DNA of 64,000 bases. Origin: Spirochaetia bacterium (GTDB taxonomy: Bacteria; Spirochaetota; Spirochaetia; DSM-16054; Sediminispirochaetaceae). Below the pieces are notes generated by a model, which was given only the letters and a program-made list of their open reading frames with translations, was not told the DNA's origin and searched no databases. Position 1 is the first letter of the stretch, and the number at the start of each line of letters is the position of its first letter. Below are positions 19,922-31,714 of this stretch, one piece after another. A program made the position numbers and the translations under genes. The stretch is from positions 544,001 through 608,000 of the forward strand of contig JAXHMY010000003.1 of the NCBI GenBank assembly GCA_034520965.1, given 5' to 3'.

Positions 19922-21395
19922 ACTCCGCCTCTTCTTCCGGCAGCTCTATCCGAATTTCCGAGCCCCCTCCGGGGCTGCTCTCAATTGTGACTATGTCTTC
20001 CCGGTTAAAGAAAAGACGAAGTCTTAACACTACATTTCGCATTCCTAAACCGCTACGGGAGGAGAAATCCTCGTCGGAGAAGGAAATCGGCTTTAAGGCC
20101 GGTGCAATTTCGTCCTGGGACATACCGCTTCCATTATCCTTCACACTAAACACAATTTTACCGTTTTCCTTACCACCGGTCACACTTACCTGCCCTCCCC
20201 CCTCTTTATGTTCAAAGCCGTGGATAATTGAGTTTTCTACCAGGGGCTGAAAAATGAGGGGCGGGAACCGAATCTGCCGGAGCTCCTCGGGAATGCTAAT
20301 TTCAATCCGATAGGTAGCTGCAAATCGAACCTTCAGCAAATCTGCATAATAGTGCAAACCCTTTAGTTCATCATCAATGGTGTTACTGCGCCAGAGACGG
20401 CGGACATTGTGGCGGAACAGGGACGCCAGATTCCCCATAAACTCGGCAGTCCGATCGGCCTCTTCCAGAATCGCCAACTGCACACCGGTATTCAGTGAGT
20501 TAAAGAGAAAATGAGGATTCATTTGTGAGCGGAGCGAAGCCATCTCTGCATTTTTTAACAGATGCTGCATTTCTAAATTCTTTACCTTTTGGGCAGCCAG
20601 GTTTTTCTCTATCTGCGCCTTCTCCTGCATCTGTGCCACATAACGGCGAATGCTGTTTTTCATCTCGTTAAACGCACGGGCAGTTATCCCTATCTCATCA
20701 TTTGTATTCACCTGCACATCTTCAACCTCAAAATTGCCGCGGCTGATCTCCTCGGCAAGATGGGCCAAACGCACCACCGGTCGAGTAAGGCTGTCGGTGA
20801 ACAGCATAATCAGCAGCACTGTGAGCAGAACGGCAGTTACTACCAGATAAAAGTTAAACAACTGCACCTGTTTATAACTTTCCGACAAAAAACGGTACGC
20901 ATCTGTACGGCGGTTCAGATTCTCAATCAAAACCTTATCAATGTATGAATTGATATAAGATGCGGTTAGTTCAGCCGACTTATAGGCCTCTGTATATCCC
21001 ATGATGTCCCGAACTGTTTTAGCTTCGATAACCCCGTTCAACTGAATGGTATATTTATCAATTAGAGAACCAATGTTCTTTACCATCAACTGTTCCTGAC
21101 TCTGGTAAGGTGTATTTCGACCGACAACTAAAGCTTGCAGGTTCTCAGTAGTGCGCTGCACCTGTTTCCGATTTTCTTCGTGTTGTAGGAGCAGGTAATT
21201 ATCTAGGGCTTGCTTGGTTTCGCTTAGCTGTCCCCTGATATTGCGCATGAGCACCTCTGTCCGGGTAAGTTGATCTACCCGCCCTCCTAAACGGAGCGAG
21301 GCAAACAGGCTGTACACACTGGTAAGGGCGGTAATGAGCATTATCAAAATAAAAAAAAGCAGCAGGCGATTTCTTATAGTACGTTTCGGTCTCAC
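19914..21395 (-). CDS. YesM-like sensor histidine kinase
   Basis: QMNPHFLFNSLN, QPLVENSIIHG and DNGSG motifs; HAMP domain. Confidence 0.92.
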   Translation of the reverse strand: MRPKRTIRNRLLLFFILIMLITALTSVYSLFASLRLGGRVDQLTRTEVLMRNIRGQLSETKQALDNYLLLQHEENRKQVQRTTENLQALVVGRNTPYQSQEQLMVKNIGSLIDKYTIQLNGVIEAKTVRDIMGYTEAYKSAELTASYINSYIDKVLIENLNRRTDAYRFLSESYKQVQLFNFYLVVTAVLLTVLLIMLFTDSLTRPVVRLAHLAEEISRGNFEVEDVQVNTNDEIGITARAFNEMKNSIRRYVAQMQEKAQIEKNLAAQKVKNLEMQHLLKNAEMASLRSQMNPHFLFNSLNTGVQLAILEEADRTAEFMGNLASLFRHNVRRLWRSNTIDDELKGLHYYADLLKVRFAATYRIEISIPEELRQIRFPPLIFQPLVENSIIHGFEHKEGGGQVSVTGGKENGKIVFSVKDNGSGMSQDEIAPALKPISFSDEDFSSRSGLGMRNVVLRLRLFFNREDIVTIESSPGGGSEIRIELPEEEAEYV

Positions 21396-22377
21396 TGAGT
21401 ATCCCCCGTGAGCACCCGGCTGGGAATATATATAAACGAGGGCACGTATTGGTTACTGTTAAGCCCAAGCAGGGCCTGCAAGCCCCGTTCTCCAATCGCT
21501 TTTGGATCCCGCACCAAGGTTCCATAAATATAGCCGGCCTCTAAACCGCGGGCTATCTCCTGATTATACCCGTAGCCGATAAGTTTAATTTCATCCTCTT
21601 TCCCAAACTCCGCAACTACATTGGCAGCTGAAATGGTATCGACCAAACTGGTACAAAAAATTACGTTTACCTCAGGGTTTAGATAGAGTATTTGACGGCT
21701 CTTTTCTTCTGAACTGAGTACTCCTATTTTGCGTTTTTCGCTCGGTAACTATCTCGTGGGAGTTTCCGCTGGACAGGCTCGTAAGAATTTCCGTATTGGA
21801 TGATACTCCACTGGGAGGCACGCTCGGAAAAGTATTCGTTTTTTAACAATGCCGCTTTTGCTCCCTCCGGCTGGGCAGCCTGCATCAGACGTCCGATTTC
21901 CTGACCCAGCTTAAAACTATTTGACCCCACAAAGCCCGATCGCCGGCTCATTGGAGCATCCGACTCAAGCGTAACCACCGGTATACCGGAGACTACTGTG
22001 CGGTTAATTGCGGGCTTTAACTCCTGTTCATTGGTTACATACAGGGCTACCCCGTCAACCTGGGACAATCGGGCTATCTCCATCAGCTCCAGGGTGCCGC
22101 TGCGCAGCTCCAGGATATTACGGGGCACCTGCAGCTCGACACCAACGTTCATCTCCGCCGCCGCCTCCTGAATCCCTTCCCACATTTTCTGAAAAAACTC
22201 GTCCTCGATTGTAGGAAGGATCACCATAAAGTGGTACCGCGCCGGTTCCGACTGAGAAAGATACGATCTGCCTCGTCGGGCATCCTGGAGAATAAGCCGC
22301 ACCGACTGAAAGGCGCTGAATAGAAATACAATAGCAAGCAGTACGATTACGCTTTTCACAAATATTTTACGAATCAC
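21392..22377 (-). CDS. Membrane-anchored periplasmic sugar-binding sensor (RbsB fold), frameshifted
   Basis: VDGVAL and GIPVVTLESD motifs; third component upstream of the HK/RR pair; GTG start inferred. Confidence 0.75.
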
Positions 22378-22442
22378 GGGTATATTATACACACAAGAAC
22401 CACCCACTTGAAAGGAGTACTGCAGTGAATTATGCTAAATGA

Positions 22443-23053
22443 ATGGCTGAATATTCAATCGCACCGGTGTACGACATACTGCTGTATCCTTTTGTTCACT
22501 CTCTGCGTCTGAAGCTGCTGCAGCTGTGCATAGAGCAGAACTACTCGTCGATACTGGACGTATGCTGCGGAACCGGCAGTCAACTCAAAATGCTGCGGAA
22601 ACACGGTTTTGAGGCCTACGGTGTAGACCTCTCCGAGGAGATGCTGCGTGTATCGCAGAAGGGCCCCTATGCCCGGAATGCCTGCTCCAGGACGCTTCCG
22701 CCATGAGCTTCAGTTCCGAGAGCTTTGCAGCCTCAATGATTACCTTTGCACTCCATGAAAAACCGAAGGAAATTGCCCAGGCGATCATTTCGGAGATGAT
22801 TCGTGTAGTTCAGCCGGGGGGACACATTATTTTAACGGACTTTCACTTTACCACTGCAAGCAGCAGGTATTCAAAATCGGTTATTCGCGCCATTGAATGG
22901 ACCGCCGGTGGTGAGCACTACCGGAATTTTAAGGACTACATGAGCCTAGGAGGGGTTCCCCAGCTCATTGAAGGCTTTCCACTAGTTCAGGTCAAAACCA
23001 TTGCCGCCGGACTTAATAGTATAGGTATATTTGTATACAAAGTACGTATTTGA
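22443..23053 (+). CDS. Class I SAM-dependent methyltransferase (frameshift near 22670)
   Basis: LDVCCGTG, GVDLSEEML, FALHE and RVVQPGG motifs. Confidence 0.85.
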
Positions 23054-23139
23054 CCAATATATAACCTTTATTCACTCAATACTTGACGGCAAAAAGACGA
23101 TCATGGTATTATAACCGCGCCTTTGAAAAGGGGGACTTC

Positions 23140-23460
23140 ATGTCCAACTCAACATCGAGTGAGACAGAGAGCAACAAACAGAGAACAAAAAAAATCTACT
23201 GCGCTAATTGCAGTCATTGCAAATTGGTCCGATCACCGCAGGGTGACGGAAATCACTACACGCTAAGGGTTCGGTGCGATGCCGGGAAATGGATCAAAAA
23301 ACTTGGCGGAGAAAAGTATTATAAATACTTCACCGTGGCCCGTCGGAGTATAGACGAGTGCGACACATACGAACCGATGGGAGATGAAAAGGAATTCATC
23401 CGGGAGCTTAAAAAGACCTTGCCCATCAAAGACGAGCTCTACTCTGAAAACGAATCTTAA
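23140..23460 (+). CDS. Small Cys-rich basic hypothetical protein
   Basis: CANCSHC plus two more Cys; promoter TTGACG-18-TATTAT upstream. Confidence 0.75.
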   Translation: MSNSTSSETESNKQRTKKIYCANCSHCKLVRSPQGDGNHYTLRVRCDAGKWIKKLGGEKYYKYFTVARRSIDECDTYEPMGDEKEFIRELKKTLPIKDELYSENES

Positions 23461-23484
23461 TAAAAACACTGTGAGCTAATTAAC

Positions 23485-23937
23485 ATGAGAACAAGCACTT
23501 CTACCCGTATTCTCCCACTTTTGATTGTTATAGCGGCACTGCTCGGCGCATGTGCCTCTCAGCCTCAAGAAATACCTGAAGACCTTGAACCTATTGAGTA
23601 CTTTCAACGGGGTCAAAAAATCGCCAGCGAAGACGAAAATTACGCACTTGCTAAACGTTATTACAAGACATTTATTGAGCGCTACCCCGAGGATATACAG
23701 CGAATAGTTGAGGCCAAGTACGAAATCGCCTATCTCTCGTATAAACAGGGAGACTACGACCTGTCCCGTCAGCAATTTGAAGAAATGCTTTCATATTATG
23801 ATGACGAAGGCTCAAACGTGCTCCCCCGCTGGCCGCAAGTTTTGGCCGAAAAAGTACTTGATAAAATGAGCTCTGATCCAGAGCACACACAAGCAGCACC
23901 AACCGGAACCATGCCGGCTCAACCTCAGCCGGAATAG
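23485..23937 (+). CDS. TPR lipoprotein, BamD-like
   Basis: Lipobox LLGAC; FIERYP and AKYEIAYLSY TPR patterns. Confidence 0.7.
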   Translation: MRTSTSTRILPLLIVIAALLGACASQPQEIPEDLEPIEYFQRGQKIASEDENYALAKRYYKTFIERYPEDIQRIVEAKYEIAYLSYKQGDYDLSRQQFEEMLSYYDDEGSNVLPRWPQVLAEKVLDKMSSDPEHTQAAPTGTMPAQPQPE

Positions 23938-23940
23938 TTA

Positions 23941-25098
23941 CTAATGCGGTAGAATAATTGTGTGAATTTCGATGCCCCGTTCCCGAGCATCATCATAGAC
24001 TATTTGCTTGGTAATTTTTCCGCGGGGCCGTGGATGGGGAGGGGCATCTCCTACCAATACAATCAGCTTTTTATCTGCCCTCCATTCGTATGAGTGAATT
24101 CCGGTATGTAGGGCCTCATACACAGCCTCCGGAATGTCACGTCCGCCGTACACCCGTATCCGGTTCAACACAGCTTGTATTTTACTGAAATCACGCTCAA
24201 AGGGATACGGTTTGGCCAGGTAAAGCTCGAAGTAATCCCGGTAAAGCACAATTCCAAGACGAAAACTGTCGAAACCTTTAATCTCTTCTTCCAGCATTGG
24301 TATAAGAGAATTACGGAGATGGGGAATATCATCCTGCATGCTTTTGGTGGTATCTAAGCAAAGCACTATATCAATAGATTTCGCTTTTACTCCGCGCAGC
24401 ACATCCCGCAGGTTATTGATGATATCCTCCTGTCCTTTTCCGAAGGTAACTCCCCCGTTGGATTCACGTGAAATCTCTTCATACGACTCAACCGTGTCCG
24501 GCATGTAGTCGCCCTCCGCCGGCTTCGGTTCCATGGGGCGCTGGACAACCTCAATTACAAAGGGATTATCTACAAAGGGCCCCTCGTAACTGGCGTAGGG
24601 TTTGGAGAAACTGCGGATATTGAGCCAGGTGCCGTTGAGTATCTGCAGCTCTCCCTCACGAGTCCAGGGATAACCGTATTCAACAACATAGGGGATAAAA
24701 ATATGAAAGGCCTCGCCAAGGGAAGGATGCTCTTCCGGAGTCGAATCGATCAGAGAAAACAGCCCCCGTTCTTTAGAAGGCAAAAACTCTCCGTCGAGCA
24801 TTCTCTTTTCATCGCCATTGACCGGATGGTATTCCGGGTTACGGAGTGCGTAAGTACTGACCCGCTTTTCCGGGTCGGCGGTTGAGTCGGTCAGCAGTAC
24901 CGACCCGATTCCCGGTTTTGCTTTGATCCATAAATTATACCCCCCCTCCAGACTCTGTTCGAGGATAAGGTCTTCGGCACCGAGCTGCAGCTGTGTCGGG
25001 TTCTGCGCCGTTGCCTGCTGTGCCGACACCGGCACCAGCAAAGCGAGAAACCAGAGGATAAGCAGGCAACTCCATAAAAAAAAGTGGCGGGCTCTCAT
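23941..25098 (-). CDS. Secreted vWA-domain protein
   Basis: MIDAS DTTKSM, PEAVYEAL and VGDAPPH motifs; signal peptide. Confidence 0.85.
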   Translation of the reverse strand: MRARHFFLWSCLLILWFLALLVPVSAQQATAQNPTQLQLGAEDLILEQSLEGGYNLWIKAKPGIGSVLLTDSTADPEKRVSTYALRNPEYHPVNGDEKRMLDGEFLPSKERGLFSLIDSTPEEHPSLGEAFHIFIPYVVEYGYPWTREGELQILNGTWLNIRSFSKPYASYEGPFVDNPFVIEVVQRPMEPKPAEGDYMPDTVESYEEISRESNGGVTFGKGQEDIINNLRDVLRGVKAKSIDIVLCLDTTKSMQDDIPHLRNSLIPMLEEEIKGFDSFRLGIVLYRDYFELYLAKPYPFERDFSKIQAVLNRIRVYGGRDIPEAVYEALHTGIHSYEWRADKKLIVLVGDAPPHPRPRGKITKQIVYDDARERGIEIHTIILPH

Positions 25099-25168
25099 GT
25101 CTCTATAATCGGCATAAACCAATATAGTTTAACAAGAAACCCGCCCTACCCGGCTTTCCCGCCTTAAT

Positions 25169-27208
25169 CTAGGCCAGCTCGCTGGAGATGTGTGTAAACA
25201 ACTCGGTAAACTCAGAACCCTTCCGATAAAACACAGGAGGCCGGCCAAGGGGTGCATCCACCGTTACATAGCCTCCGCTGTACTCCAGGCCGCTCCACAG
25301 ATGGATCCACACGTCGTCGGGAAGATACGCGGTATGCCGCCGCTTGCCCTTTTTATAGACCGGTGCCACCAACAGGTCGGGCCCGTAAAGGTACTCATAT
25401 TTTAGCTCATGCAGGGTCTCATCCCCGGCATACATGAGTGCCGGATGGCGGTTCGGAGGCAGGGCTGTTTCGGCATACTCCCGGGCAATCTGCTGGTGGT
25501 AGGGTTTAAGCATGGAATACAGCTTGGTCATCCTGGCCAAATGGGTAAGGGTCTCACGGTCCGAATTAAACTGCCAGCAGTCATCCGGACGGTTGCTTTC
25601 GTGGGAGCGCATTATCTGATTAAAGGGGGCAAACTCGGCCCAGCGCATAAAGACCTCTTTGCTGCGCTTTATCCAGCCCAGGGAGGTAAACCCGCCCAAA
25701 TCGCTATGATAAAACCCAACCCCGCTAAAGCCGGCCGACACCCCTGCTGTAATTGCAGTGGCCAAACCGTCTCCCAGGGACCAGTTAACCAACTGATCAC
25801 CACCCCAGTAGGAAAGGGCGTAACGAGAGGCACCGTTGTAGCCGGAGCGGTTGAAAAAGACCACATTCCCGAGTGCTCCAGCCTCTTCTACCGCCTCGCG
25901 ATTTGCCCGGGCCCACTCAACAGGATACCGGTTGTGATACCTTTCGGCGCTTTCCCCGGAATGCAGCACCGCATCGGCCGGAAGGTACTCACCGTAGTCG
26001 CACATCCAGCCGTCCATGCCGATTCCCAGCATATGCTCTTTTATAATGCCCTTAATCCACTCAAAGGCCTCGGGATTCGTCAAATCCAGCAGGGCAGCCG
26101 GAAACGTCGTAACTTCAATCAGATAATCCTTGCCCTCGCTGTTTTTTATCAGGTACCCCTTTTCACTGGCCTCCCGGTAGAGGTCCTCTTCTATTGCTAA
26201 AAACGGATTGATATAGCCGAGAAAATGAACACCCCTGGTATTGAGGCTCTTAATCTGTTCGGGCAGTTCCGGGTACTGGTCTTGGGCATACTTCCAGTTC
26301 CACATCAGCTGCTTACCAAAGGCGGTCACCCGCTTGCCCTCCCAATCCTGAGCCCACAGACCGCCGACCTGCACACCGGCACTACGTGCATGCTCCAGTT
26401 TCTGCTCGATCTCATCGCGGCCGCCCTGAACCCCCAGCCACATACCGTCGTAGGTCCACTCCGGCAGGGGGGGCTGAATACCGTGTATGCGGTTCAGTGC
26501 AGCTGCGGCGGCCGGAAAACCGTCTTCAACACCAATTCGGAGTACCGGCATCTCCCAAAAATGGAGGCTATACTGCTGCCGCCCGGTAAAATCAAACTCG
26601 GCATAGGCAGACGTATCGGCATAACAGTACCACCCCTTCGAGCTTACAAAACTGGTGGCCGGGAAATAGGTAGAGTACCAGTGCCCGCCGGCATGGGAGT
26701 GGACATTTGCAAACTGCGTAATGAGCCCCTTCCCGCGGCCGACCCCCTGCTCTTCAACCCATAGGGGAACCTCGCTGCCCCTAAGGTCAAGCCGGGAGTA
26801 CTGCTCTCCGCAGCCGTAGAGATGCTCCCGCTCTTCCGCGGCTCAGTGAAGCCACAGACGATTGAAATCCGGAACATTTCCCTTGCTGTCCTGCAGCCTG
26901 ATAAATAGTTCTCCGGCATCAACGGTAAACTGTACCACAATTCCATTTTCAGCTTTCAGAACAACTTGACGCTCATCTGCCTCAGTTACCTTCAGCTGCC
27001 GCAGTACATGCTTTTGCTGCACTTGATCCTTGATCTTAAAATTGGCGTGCCAGTCTTGGAAGGATCCCTGCCCCTTGCCAACGGTCACACAAGGCTGGGT
27101 CTCACTGTGATCGATAAGCCGCTTGCCCTTAAAATAGACACGAATATTACCGGCAGACTGCTGCACCTGCAGAAGTCTGCCGGAGCTGTAAGGAACTCTT
27201 GTATACAT
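25169..27208 (-). CDS. yihQ: GH31 sulfoquinovosidase-like glycosidase (YihQ family), one in-frame TGA at 26843-26845
   Basis: YGCGEQ, LGVQGG, WAQDW..FGK.LMWNW, GWMCDYGEY and WGGDQ; both ORF pieces lie in the same frame. Confidence 0.85.
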
Positions 27209-27212
27209 ACTA

Positions 27213-28046
27213 TTAACCCTTTACCGCTCCTGCAGTTAAACCGCTGATAATTTTGTCGTGAAAAAATACATAAACGATAATACTTGGAATCATCGCCAAT
27301 ACAACGGCAGCATACATAGAGGGGTAGTCGCTGCGGAATTGGGTGGTAAAAAAGCTTATCCCCAGCTGTATGGTACGCACACTACTGGAGGAGGTCAGCA
27401 AGAGAGCATAGATAAATTCGTTCCACGACCATATAAAGGTAAGCGTACCGGCAGTTACCAGACCCGACCTGGAAAGCGGCAGGACCACCTTGCTGTAGCG
27501 CTGAACAAAGGAACAGCCGTCTATAATAGCCGCGTCTTCAAGGTCTTTTGGAATATTTACCATAAACGATTTAATCAGAAAAAACGAAATTGGTATATTG
27601 ATAGCGGCATATGTGAGAATAAGCGCTGCCCGGGTATCGTATAAACCCAGATTTCGAATAATTGCCAGATACGGAACCATGAAGGCAACTATCGGCATAA
27701 GTACTCCGGCCACAATCACATTTGAAACGCTCTGTCGAAAGGGAAAAACTTCCCGGGAAACTACGAATGAGGCCAATGAGGTTACCATGATATTAAGCAG
27801 GGTTGCTGTAGTGGCAATGATAATCGAATTCATAAACAGCACATGCATTTTAGCAACGCTGACCGCATTTATGTAGTTTTGTAGTTGCCATACCGCAGGT
27901 AAGGCCAGAGGGTAGGCATTAAACTCAGCTTCGGTCTTAAAAGAGGTGAGAATAAGCCACACGAGAGGCAGTACCGCAATTGCAAAAAAGAACAAAAGGT
28001 ACGCCCACTTCAATAAATTAGTTATAACAGCTTTTAGTGTTTTCAT
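27213..28046 (-). CDS. Carbohydrate ABC permease (MalG-like)
   Basis: DAAIIDGC EAA motif; WNEF. Confidence 0.92.
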   Translation of the reverse strand: MKTLKAVITNLLKWAYLLFFFAIAVLPLVWLILTSFKTEAEFNAYPLALPAVWQLQNYINAVSVAKMHVLFMNSIIIATTATLLNIMVTSLASFVVSREVFPFRQSVSNVIVAGVLMPIVAFMVPYLAIIRNLGLYDTRAALILTYAAINIPISFFLIKSFMVNIPKDLEDAAIIDGCSFVQRYSKVVLPLSRSGLVTAGTLTFIWSWNEFIYALLLTSSSSVRTIQLGISFFTTQFRSDYPSMYAAVVLAMIPSIIVYVFFHDKIISGLTAGAVKG

Positions 28047-28067
28047 TTTATTCTCCAGTTGTACGCC

Positions 28068-28956
28068 CTATTGATCTTCACCGGTAAGGCTTTTACTGCC
28101 TAGGGTCCTATTTAGAGTGACAATCACAAAGAAACCGACCACTACCAGTATTGTTCCAATTGTACTTGCCTCCCCCAACTTACGCGCCCCGATCTTATCG
28201 TACATCATTAAGGCTAAGGTGGAGGTACTGTGCCCCGGACCGCCGCCGGTCATCAGGAAGGTCGCTTCAAAGTGGCGTAAACCGTAGGCCATTGCTAAGG
28301 TCATAGCCGTGACAATAATACCCCACACTACCGGAAAGCGTAATCAGGGTCTCCTGCTGCCATACAGAGGCGCCATCGATCTCTGCCGCCTCATAATAGG
28401 AGGTAGGAATCGACATAACCCCGGCTGAGAATAAATGATCATAAAATAGCCAATGTACATCACCTCTTGGGCAATAATCGCCGGAAGAGCAGTGTTAAAC
28501 GCACCCAGCCAGTTGTGTGACCACTCTTGTCCAGTAATCAGGCTCAAGACCGCATTCAAAGCACCGTATTCGGCGTTGTAGACTGCCTTCCAGAGCATCG
28601 CAATCGCAACTCCCGAAATAACCTTCGGTACAAAATACACAGTACGTAGAGTCTTCCAGAACCTCGGCCTTCGCGCCAGAATAAAGGCGATAATTGTGGC
28701 TAATCCTATCTGCAGGAAGCCGAGAGAGAGGGACCATATGATATTATTGCGTACTGAAATTTGCAGACGTCGTGGCTTGTAAAAGCTTCGAATAGTTATC
28801 AAACCCTATAAACTCCATTGGGCTGATACCGTTCCATGCGGTAAGACTTGAAAAAAAGACAAACCCAAAGGGATAGATAAAAAAGGTGGTATACATTGCG
28901 GTAATTGGAATCATGAAAATAAGAATCCACTTCCAATTTTTGTTCTTCACCAACAT
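28068..28956 (-). CDS. Carbohydrate ABC permease (MalF-like), frameshifted
   Basis: Fragments [18 protein letters not shown] and MTGGGPG. Confidence 0.85.
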
Positions 28957-29048
28957 AAGAGGGGCTCCTTAAAAAGTGGACGAGAACCGAATGGCCCTCG
29001 TCCGTAAATTTGCCTCGCTTACATCAATCATTATATAAGAGAAGCTTC

Positions 29049-30326
29049 TTAGTCGTTGGCCTCTTCCAGCATTTCTACAAACTCTTCTGGAGTGGCTCGT
29101 CCGAGAGCCAGCTGGTCCAATGCAGCTCCAAACTCCTGGACTACAGAAGCAGAGAACTTACCGGAGAGGTGGCTGACTACAAATGACGCATTTTCCTGTG
29201 CTTCTACAAATTTCTTCTGAAGCGGATCAACATCGTCGCTTGCGTCAAAGGTAAATTTCGGTACCATTAAAGCACCGGAGTCCATCGAAATGCGCTTTAC
29301 GTTTTCTGGCTCACTCATGTACTGCAGGAAGGTTAAAGCAGCTTCACGTTTGGCAGGATCGTCGGTTGCGCCGGACGCCAACACCGTCTGGATAAACCCT
29401 ACCTGCGCACCCTGTTCGCCGCCGGCGGCTGCCGGAGCTGAAGCTTAGTTCTGTAGCTTCATAAACCTCAGGGGCATTCTCACGGATATTACCGATAAAC
29501 CATGGACCATTAACGAACACTGCGGTTCTCTCAGCCAGAAAGTGGCCGGAAGGAACTGAAGGACCGCCGCCGATGGCGTCTTTAGTGGTATTTCCATCTG
29601 AATACAGCTGTTTCAGGATCTCGGCACCCTTTACATACGCAGGATCCGAGAGAGGCTTGTCCCATACGTCCGCGGGCCGCCGACACTGGCCATGATGTGG
29701 GAGTACCACAGCATACTTGTCCATGCATTGGCTCCGCCGGTCATTTGAGAGGTCGGGGTCACATCGATAGCTTTTAACTTCTCGGCTGCCTCCCAAAACT
29801 CATCGTAGGTCTTTGGAAAACCGTCAATACCGGCTTCTGCAAACAGGTCGGCATTGTACCAGATGGGGGTAATTGCCATTTCGTAAGGAATTACCTTGGT
29901 CTGACCGTCGAGGGTGACTTCATTTACGATACTGGAGTCAAACCGGTTGCCCCAGCCGCCTGCCAGATCTTCGGAAAAATCTACCAGAATATCTCCGGAA
30001 TAGAAATCCTTCGTATCGGGGTTCCACTTCAGAGTAAAAATGTCGGGCACCTGACCACCGGAAATCTGGGCAAGAATTTTCTTGTCGTAGATATCGTAGT
30101 CAGGCATCTCTTCGATTTGAACCTTAATCTGTCCGGCATGCTTCTCATTGAACTCGGCAACAATGTCGGCTACCGCGTCCGCTTTTGCATCTTCACCTAC
30201 CCAAATACAGGGCCAGTTCAGAACTACCTCTTTTTGTGCTTCCTGTTGTCCACCTGCAAGCACCGGCATAGCCAGTACGGTAAATAGAGCAATCAGCATA
30301 ATTGAAAAAACAGTAATTTTTTTCAT
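29049..30326 (-). CDS. Sugar ABC substrate-binding protein, frameshifted
   Basis: Signal peptide plus AGGQQE; WYNADLFAEAGI and NGPWF motifs. Confidence 0.85.
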
Positions 30327-30355
30327 ATTCCCCTTTTTCCTCCTTTGAAATGTTT

Positions 30356-30402
30356 ATTTTCTTTCCATAAGTAAGTAGACCATAGAAATATGCAGTTGTC
30401 AA
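30356..30402 (-). promoter_or_regulatory. Promoter TTGACA-17-TCTACT with an overlapping ROK-type operator (30356-30376)
   Basis: Operator is 14/21 identical to, and in the same register as, the site at 33004-33024. Confidence 0.55.
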
Positions 30403-30432
30403 CGAAAAATTGCAGCTAATGCCGGTGTTAGC

Positions 30433-31541
30433 TTACTTAATAGTCCGCAGCGAATACTGCAGCGACACATCAAACTGGTGAATCGCATACTCAAAGGTGC
30501 TGTCGCTGTGGATGTCTGTGTACACCTCCTGAAACAGGTTATGCCCTCCGTGTATTTTTTCAAAGTGACGGCTGCTCGCGTGAGCCTTAGATGCACTTAC
30601 CGCATCGAGACTCGCTTTATCCAGGGCAAATGGGTTAGTGCCGGCAAAAACACCTACATCCTCAACCAGCGGAACATCATTCGCCGGCCAGCGAATCGCA
30701 GTCGGGGGTGATATTTATAGCGAAATTGATGTAAAAAGCCTTTTCTTTGAAGTACTGCTGAACCGCATAGGCGTACTCGGTTACCTTTTCAATAAAAATT
30801 TTATTATCCTCGCTTGAGCCCGCCTCCATAGCCTGATAGTTACACGCGGCCACACACTGCCCACACCCGATGCACAGGGCATAATCGATTACCGCCTTAT
30901 GCTCTTCCATAGTAATTGCCCCGACCGGACAGACATTATAACACTGCCGACAGCCCACACAATTCTCGCGGTTCACCACCGGTTTCGAAGATGAGTGCTG
31001 TTCACGTTTCCCGGCAATCGAGGCACAGCCCATGGACATATTTTTGATGGCGCCGCCGAAACCGGCTTCCATATGACCTTTGAAGTGGTTTAGAAAAATT
31101 ATTCTATCCGCCTGGAGAATTCCTCCGGCCAGTTTGGCCTTTTTAATATGCCGGCCGGGAATTGACACTTCACGATAATCCAGCCCGCGAACTCCATCGG
31201 CCGGAATAAAGGGAGCCCCAACAGTTGCATAGTTAAAACCGTGCTGCACCGCGGTCAAGGAGATGGTCCACCCCATTATGGCGCCCACCGGAGTACAGCG
31301 TATTGGTATCGGTTAAAAAAGGCTTTGCCCCGCGGTTTTTTATCTCTTCAGCCACAATTCGGGCATAGTTCGGGTTTAGGTAGCCGAGGTTCTCGCGTTC
31401 ACCTACATGCAGCTTAATGGCAACTAACTCATTTTCTTTGATCGTTTCTAAAAAACCGGATTTTTTAATTAGTTTACGGAACTTTTTCTCCAGCGAATTC
31501 CCAAAGTCGGCTTGCATATCCGTAAAGAGTATCTCATTCAT
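30433..31541 (-). CDS. DUF362 protein with a 2x[4Fe-4S] ferredoxin insert, frameshifted
   Basis: AIKLHVGE, FLTDTNTLY, HFKGH, GFGGAIKN, CVGCRQCYNVCP and CIGCGQCVAAC motifs. Confidence 0.85.
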
Positions 31542-31714
31542 TGTTCACTTCTCCTTGTATAAGTACATTTGCTTTTACTGATATTTTAGGAGCTTTATCG
31601 GTTAAATGCAATGTGTTAAGCACTTTGAAGTGCTGCTATGAGTTGGATTTGCGAGTAAGCATATGAGTGAACAAATAGAAATGGCCTTAAGATATGTTTC
31701 CCGGAGTAAAAGGA

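Noticed and set aside
26843..26845. Selenocysteine or genetic-code reassignment of TGA
   Set aside because: Not a Cys or Trp position, and TGA terminates many other genes here (e.g. pgi)
14882..30326. Two sugar ABC operons lacking an ATPase gene
   Set aside because: Common; a shared MsmX/MalK-type ATPase is usually encoded elsewhere
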